64,000 nucleotides of DNA, taken from IMG/VR virus record IMGVR_UViG_3300032266_000589; one strand, 5' to 3'. Positions within the stretch are counted from its first letter, which is position 1, and the number at the start of each line of letters is the position of its first letter. Below the pieces are notes generated by a model. It was not told where the DNA came from. It saw only the letters and a program-made list of their open reading frames with translations, and did no database searches. Below, piece after piece: positions 57,444 through 64,000 of this stretch. The stretch comes from a virus. Its lineage: Duplodnaviria > Caudoviricetes. Made by a program: the position numbers and the translations under genes.

Positions 57444-57726
57444 AAATTATTATAAGGCACCAAAGCATTCTACTGGACACGTAGTAACAACTAAAACACA
57501 TTTTGGCTCAACAGCAGATATGGTGGTTGACCATTCTATTTTGCAGCTTGATGGAAAACCTATTCAGCTATCAGAAACCAGTGTTCTTTGTAAAGATGAT
57601 TTGGGTTATTATATTACCAGCAAGACCATGATTAATAGTGGGCTTGCCGATCCAAATCGCTATGCTAACACTAATAGTAGGGTTGCTGCGTCAGAACTAC
57701 AGAAAGAAGAAAGCTCAAGCTCTTGA
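57367..57726 (+). CDS. Hypothetical protein (likely start ATG 57436)
   Basis: AAGGA SD before MAKNYY. Confidence 0.65.
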   Translation: MYIGVMIRIVWFLQQLQKRKRISMAKNYYKAPKHSTGHVVTTKTHFGSTADMVVDHSILQLDGKPIQLSETSVLCKDDLGYYITSKTMINSGLADPNRYANTNSRVAASELQKEESSSS

Positions 57727-57770
57727 CTAACTGTTGTCGATAGAGTACAATAGCACTAAAGGAGAAAAAT

Positions 57771-57986
57771 ATGTCACTTACGTGGGGCGATCTTAAGAAT
57801 TATATTGAAAACCAAGACGAAGACTTTCTGGACAACGAAGTTCGTATTTATGATTTTACAGATGGTGAAGAATACGACGCAGGCGTAACAGAGCTTTTGT
57901 TTGGAGAGGATGAGCAGGGAGAAGGCTGGGTTCCATATCTAACAATAAATGAAGGAGATTCAGATGAATCTGATGAACAGGTTTGA
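57771..57986 (+). CDS. Small acidic protein
   Basis: AAGGAG SD after a promoter; TW..L...I motif. Confidence 0.75.
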   Translation: MSLTWGDLKNYIENQDEDFLDNEVRIYDFTDGEEYDAGVTELLFGEDEQGEGWVPYLTINEGDSDESDEQV

Positions 57987-58245
57987 TCTTGAAGCAAAGT
58001 TAATGCAAAATCATAACATCGTAGATGATTTAAAAACTCTTGCGTGGTATATTATTGAAAATCAAGACGAAGCCAACGCAGACTTTTTTACTAATGCTTT
58101 AAATGGTTTGGCATGTCTACAAGAAGCACGAAACGCAGAAACGTGGGATATGTTTATTAAAACTTTTGAGCTTGACGAATATAACAATAACAATGAGGAT
58201 TATAACGATGAAGAAAAACATGAAGATCGTACTTCGACCAAGTAA
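57949..58245 (+). CDS. Hypothetical protein
   Basis: RFDLE..LM......DDL motif. Confidence 0.7.
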   Translation: MKEIQMNLMNRFDLEAKLMQNHNIVDDLKTLAWYIIENQDEANADFFTNALNGLACLQEARNAETWDMFIKTFELDEYNNNNEDYNDEEKHEDRTSTK

Positions 58246-58385
58246 TAGCCATTTGGGTGAAGCTTATCAAGTAAAAAAGATTGTAAACAGTTTAGAGTTC
58301 GTTGTTGGTGAACTTATAGATACTGAATACGTATCTGATCTTGTTGCTAGTAAAAATTGGACGGTAGAAATAGTGAGTAAGTAAC

Positions 58386-58796
58386 ATGAATGCAGACCTT
58401 CAAGATAAGCTAATTGAAAAATATCCAGAACAGTTTAAAAATCTGAAATGGATAGAGATTGATGATGGATGGTTTAATATTCTATCAAAACTATGCTATA
58501 TTGTAGATAATCGTCTTCATTATAAGCAAAAGATTAATGAGCCTCTGGAATTTTTCTATTGGAGCCAGATTAAAGAAAAGTTTGGTGGACTAAGAGCATA
58601 TGCTTATGGTGCTGATGACTTTATTAGAGGAGCAATAGAGATGGCAGAGAGCATAAGCTATATGACTTGTGAGCATACTGGACAAAGAGGTAAACCAAGA
58701 AAACAAAAGATAGATGAGGCAACTGGACAGATTATTCCAGCTTGGATTAAAACTCTTAGCGACGATGAGGCAAAAAGGCAAGGATATATACTATGA
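58386..58796 (+). CDS. Hypothetical protein (GW...QIKEKFGGLR.Y...CE..G family)
   Basis: Widespread phage motif. Confidence 0.8.
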   Translation: MNADLQDKLIEKYPEQFKNLKWIEIDDGWFNILSKLCYIVDNRLHYKQKINEPLEFFYWSQIKEKFGGLRAYAYGADDFIRGAIEMAESISYMTCEHTGQRGKPRKQKIDEATGQIIPAWIKTLSDDEAKRQGYIL

Positions 58797-59029
58797 CCAA
58801 GCCAGAAAGTTATTGGAATCATAGAGTTATGAGGACTAAACATGTTGATAATTATATGACGTATGGAATTCATGAAGTGTATTATCGTGGAGATAAAGTT
58901 ATTAGCTGGACAGATACGCCCGTTGAGATAGCGGAAGAATCTTTGAAAGACCTCAAAGTAACATTGAAGAATATGCTGGAGGTTTGTAAGCTTCCAGTAC
59001 TTGATTCTATAACCGGAGAAGAAACATGA
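58793..59029 (+). CDS. Hypothetical protein (WNHRV...IHEVYY family)
   Basis: Coupled ORF with a recognisable motif. Confidence 0.8.
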   Translation: MTKPESYWNHRVMRTKHVDNYMTYGIHEVYYRGDKVISWTDTPVEIAEESLKDLKVTLKNMLEVCKLPVLDSITGEET

Positions 59030-59244
59030 AAGCCACATTGACATTTACCTTGCCAGAAGAACAATTAGAGTTTGACACTGCTATTCAAGCTGGTGCAGCT
59101 AAAAGTATGCTATGGGACTTCTCCCAGCAACTGCGTTCATGGAGAAAACATCACAATGATTTTACGGATGCCAATGACGCACTAGATAAAATTAGGGAAG
59201 AATTTTATAGGCTCATTAATGAGCATAATGTAAATATAGACTAA
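59026..59244 (+). CDS. Hypothetical protein (MKA.L.F.LPEE family)
   Basis: Coupled ORF. Confidence 0.8.
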   Translation: MKATLTFTLPEEQLEFDTAIQAGAAKSMLWDFSQQLRSWRKHHNDFTDANDALDKIREEFYRLINEHNVNID

Positions 59245-59301
59245 TACAGTGTATTAATATGTGGGTGTTTTCTTTGGCCTTTTATTTATTCGGGGGCTAA
59301 A

Positions 59302-59559
59302 ATGAAAGTAATTTACAGAATCTTACGTGGTATAGTTGGTGCCTGTTTATTAGCTTGGATCAGCGTCTCAATAATAGAAACTGAGCTATTAATACTCACA
59401 AATAGTTCATATACTAAATACATGGCTCACGATCTATTTTATGGATATTTAAGCGTAAAAACATTCTACGAAAACATTGTCTATATTGCTATATTTAACT
59501 TCATCATTGGATTCATAATAGGATTCATATGGAAACCTCAAGATATTCACCATGAATGA
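59302..59559 (+). CDS. Small membrane protein (2 TM)
   Basis: Two hydrophobic segments. Confidence 0.6.
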   Translation: MKVIYRILRGIVGACLLAWISVSIIETELLILTNSSYTKYMAHDLFYGYLSVKTFYENIVYIAIFNFIIGFIIGFIWKPQDIHHE

Positions 59560-60235
59560 TGCAATAGTTATAAGCGATATTCATCTAGGAAGCAATGTTT
59601 GTCAATCTAAAACGTTAATATCTTTCTTAGAAAAAATAGAACATAGAGAAATAAATACTAATCAACTAATCATTAACGGTGATTTATTTGATAGTTGGGA
59701 CTTTCGCAAACTCAAGAAAGATCACTGGAAAATATTATCACATATACGTAAATTATCAGATACAATTAAAACAATATGGATTAGTGGCAATCATGACGGC
59801 CCAGCCGACATGGTTAGTCATTTAATTGGTGTTGAGTTTATGAATGAGTATAGTTTTATTAGTGGAGAAGACAAGATACTTATTCTTCATGGTGATATAT
59901 TTGACAATGTTATCTCAAAATATCCAAGGCTAACAAAAATAGCTGATTATATTTATCGATGGTTACAGACATATGCTGGGTTATATTACTCTAATCTTGC
60001 TAAACGTAGTAGTAAAACATTTTTAAGATGTTCACAGCAAGTTTGTGACAGAGCTAAATCCTATTGCTCTAGTAAGAAATGTGACGTTATTATTTGCGGT
60101 CACACTCATTTAGCAACTAATGACGTTGCTGGCTCAACGAGCTATTATAACAGTGGGTGCTGGACAGATCACCCATGTTCATACATATCTATTAAGAACG
60201 GAAGCGTAAAGATCAACTATGTGGATGTTATTTAG
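59552..60235 (+). CDS. Calcineurin-like metallophosphoesterase, LpxH/LpxG-like
   Basis: SDIHLG, NGDLFD.W, GNHD, HGD.FD, GHTH, NSG.W. Confidence 0.85.
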   Translation: MNDAIVISDIHLGSNVCQSKTLISFLEKIEHREINTNQLIINGDLFDSWDFRKLKKDHWKILSHIRKLSDTIKTIWISGNHDGPADMVSHLIGVEFMNEYSFISGEDKILILHGDIFDNVISKYPRLTKIADYIYRWLQTYAGLYYSNLAKRSSKTFLRCSQQVCDRAKSYCSSKKCDVIICGHTHLATNDVAGSTSYYNSGCWTDHPCSYISIKNGSVKINYVDVI

Positions 60236-60409
60236 AAGTTTAAAAGAAGATCGCGGTAATCTTGCAGTAAATATAATGTTGGGTATTTTTTACAGTTGGC
60301 TTATATTACTTCCTCTTGGGATATGGAAAATAATTGATTTGCTGCTCTACATTTTCTAAAGAAAAGTCTTGACACTTGACGATTGATAGAGTATGATTGA
60401 GATGTAAGC

Positions 60410-60482
60410 GGGAGTGTAGTCCAAAGGCAGAGACAGTGGACTTAAAATCCATCCAGTGTGAGTTCGATTCTCACCACTCCTA
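60410..60482 (+). tRNA. tRNA-Leu(TAA) with short variable region
   Basis: GGGAGTG/CACTCCT acceptor stem, anticodon loop CTTAAAA, 5-nt variable region. Confidence 0.85.
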
Positions 60483-60975
60483 CTGATTGGACAACTATGG
60501 AGAATAATTATGAGTAGAGATTGGACTTTTATTCCTGACTATATAAAGGTGAATAACTAATGTTTGTTAAAAAAGAAGGTCAATACAATTTAGCAAAAGA
60601 TATTGACGTTAGAATCTTTTCTGATCATAACTATCATTATGTATCAATTTACAACGACAAAAAAGATACCAGTGTAGCATTTTCAACAGATAATAATGGC
60701 TTGAAGGGTTTGGCCGATTTTATTTACAGACATTTAGGAAATAACTAAATATATTGACAAAAAAGAACAGAGGAGCTAATGAAAACTTCTAATCAGCAGA
60801 GATTCAATATCAGTAAAGATCAGTTGCTGCAATTTAGCTTGGAAACAATAAAAAAAGACCATTTCCTATTTCAGCTAAGTGATGCAACCGATGATCAAAC
60901 TTTTTGGTTTAGTATCAACAGAAAACAACTAACACTAATGGCTGAATTTATTAACGAATACTTAGAGAATAACTA

Positions 60976-61242
60976 ATGAAACTATTGATATGCAGAGAAT
61001 GTGGTGATATATTTAATTTGAGCAACAACACAAAGAGTTGTAGTTGTGGAAAAACCAGTGGAAGATATATCAATAACTTAGATGCTAAGTATAGTGGTGG
61101 CGTACCAATTGGTTTTTCCAATATTTCTTTGATTGAAGCAATGAGAAATCAACCTCAAAACGGACAAGGAAAAGTATTTACTGCATTTGTAATCCCACAA
61201 CAATGCCCAACAATGGTGAAATATGAAAACATACAAAAATAA
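60976..61242 (+). CDS. Small Cys-rich protein
   Basis: MKL..CxxC.D...L....K.C.CG..G.Y. Confidence 0.75.
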   Translation: MKLLICRECGDIFNLSNNTKSCSCGKTSGRYINNLDAKYSGGVPIGFSNISLIEAMRNQPQNGQGKVFTAFVIPQQCPTMVKYENIQK

Positions 61243-61519
61243 AACTATCAAGGTTCATGATAAAACATTTTGCGACTGTTGCGGCAAACAGTGTACAGAC
61301 GATTTTTATAACGAGAATGAATACGCCACACTAGAGGCAAGCTGGGGCTATAATAGTGGTAGAGACGGTGAAAGATTCGATATACATCTTTGTGAGAATT
61401 GTTTTGGAGATGTATTAGGGTTTTTGAAAGACAAAAGATTTTCATACTTTGGTGCTGAACCAAATAAAGAATGGGGCATAGCAAAAGATGACCCATTCAA
61501 AGGATCTAAATACATGTGA
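61223..61519 (+). CDS. Zn-finger hypothetical protein
   Basis: CDxCG...WGY.S..DG......LCE.CF. Confidence 0.8.
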   Translation: MKTYKNKTIKVHDKTFCDCCGKQCTDDFYNENEYATLEASWGYNSGRDGERFDIHLCENCFGDVLGFLKDKRFSYFGAEPNKEWGIAKDDPFKGSKYM

Positions 61520-61531
61520 GGTTTATTATGC

Positions 61532-62431
61532 ATGAAGAATTACCAGATAGTAAAATACCTTGGTTTGACAACGAGTATGAAGGAGTGTATAGTGATGATC
61601 CAGAACATGGATATCCATATGACGTTGGGACGAAAGTGCAGGAATAATATGTGGTTAAGACCAAGATCAAGAATAAACTATTGGAGTTGCTCTAGATTCG
61701 CTAATTTTATTCGCGGAGTAAAGAAACCATTCGCTTTAGAATGGGGCAAATGGGATAAGTGGAAAAAAGAACAACAAAAAAAAAGACCAATAAGATATTG
61801 GTTAGCAGAAGAAGGATTAGATAAACTACAAGATTTTATTATGTTTCCTGCGGATATTTATACTGAGATTAAATACTATATTGACAACCGCTGGATAACT
61901 AAAACACACTATCTAAAAACCGGACTAGAGCCGGGACATTACTATGAGCTTGATTATAGAATTCTTCATGGGTTATTTAACGAACTTGTAGATTTTGTTG
62001 AAATAGAATATGCACATCTAGCCAAATGGTCACTAAAAGAAGGTATTAAAAACTATAACTTCAAAAATGGAAGATCTATTGATGCAGGATTAGCTTATAT
62101 TGAGTGGGCTTGTAATCTTAAGTATGACGAAGATTGGGGAGTAGACAAGAAAGATAAAAAATATGGTAAACCAACAGATCAAGCCATTACAACACAGCAA
62201 ATTAAAAATCTTTACATGTGGTGGAAAGATCGCCCCAATAGGCCAGACCCTATGAAAGTTCTTGGTTTAGATTGGGATAAGAAAAAAGAAGACAATCTAT
62301 TTACTAGCAAGGTATCTAAAAAAGAATTATTGGAATTCAGAAAGCTAGAAAAGATTGAAGCTGATTATTACAAAGAAGACACAGACAAACTAATTGAGTT
62401 AATCAAAATCAGAAAAGAGTTATGGTCATGA
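61532..62431 (+). CDS. Hypothetical protein (likely start near 61649)
   Basis: YWSCS.FA..IRG...RIL..LFNELVDFVE.E...LI.IR..LW motif. Confidence 0.75.
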   Translation: MKNYQIVKYLGLTTSMKECIVMIQNMDIHMTLGRKCRNNMWLRPRSRINYWSCSRFANFIRGVKKPFALEWGKWDKWKKEQQKKRPIRYWLAEEGLDKLQDFIMFPADIYTEIKYYIDNRWITKTHYLKTGLEPGHYYELDYRILHGLFNELVDFVEIEYAHLAKWSLKEGIKNYNFKNGRSIDAGLAYIEWACNLKYDEDWGVDKKDKKYGKPTDQAITTQQIKNLYMWWKDRPNRPDPMKVLGLDWDKKKEDNLFTSKVSKKELLEFRKLEKIEADYYKEDTDKLIELIKIRKELWS

Positions 62432-62687
62432 GAATGAAAAAATCTGATCCCTTATTTGATGTAGATACCTATATTAATAAACTAGAACGAATGATAGAGT
62501 TTCAGAAAGACATTATTAATTCTTTGAAAACAGAGATTAGAACTCAGAGAAAAGAAATAGGGGCTTTACGAGAAGAGCGTAGACGTTTTCTGCAAGATGA
62601 TAATCCGCCAAACTTTGATTACGATATATTCAAATGATAGAAGAGTATGAAAATTGGGAAGATAGTATATGACACACATTTATAGAA

Positions 62688-62975
62688 ATGGCAAATTACA
62701 TGGATAAGAATGCTAATCCACTTGATTCTATTATTGATTACGCTTGGTCATCCGGTGCTGATTTATTTTTTGTGAACAACGCCAAAGATGAGCTAAAGAA
62801 ACTTCGTGAAGAAGTCGATGATCTTCGTAATCAGCTTGACAAACCCGTTGCGTGGGCTAGAATAAACAAGCGTGGCGACCTGTATGATCCTAGACTTTGT
62901 TTAAATCCATACATCAACACGCAAGAGGTAGTTCCACTTTATGCATATAGAAAAGGACATCATAATGAAACTTGA
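62688..62975 (+). CDS. Hypothetical protein
   Basis: PVAW...VPLY motif. Confidence 0.65.
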   Translation: MANYMDKNANPLDSIIDYAWSSGADLFFVNNAKDELKKLREEVDDLRNQLDKPVAWARINKRGDLYDPRLCLNPYINTQEVVPLYAYRKGHHNET

Positions 62976-63171
62976 AGTATATAACATTGGAAGTAAAGTT
63001 AAGTTGACTGAAGACGTTGAGGGTAGTATAATTGGAATTGCTATCAATGGCGATAATAACATAACATATGAATGCGGCTGGTGGAACGGGCGATCTTATG
63101 ATACGCGATGGTTTCATGCTAATGAGATTGAAGTCATTACAGCTAAAAAGACCAAGATAGGATTTGTTTGA
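62941..63171 (+). CDS. Small SH3-like protein (likely start 62965)
   Basis: IG..V.L......I..I.I......YEC.WW.G....WF...E. Confidence 0.65.
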   Translation: MHIEKDIIMKLEVYNIGSKVKLTEDVEGSIIGIAINGDNNITYECGWWNGRSYDTRWFHANEIEVITAKKTKIGFV

Positions 63172-63189
63172 TAAACAATAGCAAACTAT

Positions 63190-63263
63190 GCCCCAATAGC
63201 TCAATTGCATAGAGCAGGTCACTTCTAATGACAAGGTTGCAGGTTGGAGTCCTGCTTGGGGTA
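63190..63263 (+). tRNA. tRNA-Arg(TCT)
   Basis: GCCCCAA/TTGGGGT acceptor stem, anticodon loop CTTCTAA; D-loop has GC and the T-loop is TTGGAGT. Confidence 0.88.
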
Positions 63264-63324
63264 CTTTTTATTATTTTGTGTATATATGGATAGATAACTA
63301 TTCTCTATCCATAAGGAATAAGCA

Positions 63325-63702
63325 ATGAAATGTGCTAGATGCAATGAAGATAAACCATTAGATGAATTCTATACTGTGAAAAATGGAATTAGAAAAGGTA
63401 AAATACAGTCATACTGCAAGCCTTGTAACGGTAAAAACACGGTCGAAAGATTAAGAAAATTTAAACAAAGATTGGTTGATTATAAAGGCGGTAAATGTAA
63501 TAAATGTGGATACAATAAATGCATAGCCGCATTAGATTTACATCATAGAAATCCAGAAAAAAAGAACTTCACATTTTCTCATATAAAAATGACATCTTTT
63601 GAAAAAAATAAAGATATGATCTGTAAAGAATTAGATAAGTGCGATTTACTTTGTGCAAATTGTCATAGAGAAATTCACTTCATCATTGATTCTAATATCT
63701 AG
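63325..63702 (+). CDS. HNH homing endonuclease with Zn fingers
   Basis: CxxC..K....F...YCK.C, YKGGKC..CGY....AL..HH..P..K.F, EL.KC.LLCANCHRE.H. Confidence 0.88.
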   Translation: MKCARCNEDKPLDEFYTVKNGIRKGKIQSYCKPCNGKNTVERLRKFKQRLVDYKGGKCNKCGYNKCIAALDLHHRNPEKKNFTFSHIKMTSFEKNKDMICKELDKCDLLCANCHREIHFIIDSNI

Positions 63703-64000
63703 TTGTACTTCCTAATACGTCAAGATTGAGCAACAATATGAAGATACATGAATACGAATACGATTTAGTAAGAACATGTTTTGCTTGTCCAGAGCAATAT
63801 GATGTTTATGATAAGAACAATAATAAAGTTGGATATCTAAGACTCAGACATGGAAAATTCAGAGCAGAATATCCAGAATGTGGTGGAGAAACCGTATATG
63901 AATCATTACCAGATGGGGATGGTATGTTTACAGATTACGAAAGAATGTACGAACTAACTAAAGCTTTAGAGTCTATTCACGCTAAATTAGTGATAGACAA

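Noticed and set aside
1-64000. Stop-codon reassignment
   Set aside because: Conserved genes (terL, portal, capsid, gmd, uvsE) are intact in code 11, all three stops are used, and no suppressor tRNA was seen.

Overview
This window is a 64-kb piece of a large, AT-rich tailed dsDNA phage genome read in the standard code. It looks siphovirus-like: there is a long TP901-type tape measure and no sheath is recognisable. Positions 1-39,990 are a minus-strand late/virion block: tape measure (cut by the window edge), tail tube, neck and adaptor proteins, fibre and Thr-tract proteins, major capsid, decoration protein, protease/scaffold, portal, large terminase, a ClpP-like protease, ERCC4 and HNH nucleases, gmd, a methyltransferase and a sigma-factor-like gene. 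These genes are preceded by a GTGTAT(A/T) motif that is probably the late promoter. From about 40,140 the genome switches to a plus-strand early/accessory region of small ORFs, 8 tRNAs, UvsE, DUF932-like, Gp88-like and kinase-like genes, an LpxH-like phosphoesterase and two free-standing endonucleases. Five signals stand out. (1) Nine copies of a rigid 78-bp element (25-bp palindromic box + 28-bp GC-rich asymmetric spacer + second box) punctuate 40.1-53.4 kb; the spacer occurs in both orientations, and the element is coupled to antisense sigma54-type sites and to overlapping sigma70/sigma28-type promoters. (2) The two tRNAs directly upstream of endonuclease genes, and only those two, carry compensatory swaps of the normally invariant G19:C56 pair. 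(3) A promoter-driven pair of structured non-coding RNAs lies at 48.2-48.4 kb, one resembling a tRNA with a branched, expanded anticodon arm. (4) The tape measure carries enzyme-like cargo (PD-(D/E)xK-like, and an apparently circularly permuted HAD) between FAxGG repeats. (5) There are two degenerate 9-bp tandem arrays. All calls come from motif reading by eye; no searches were run.
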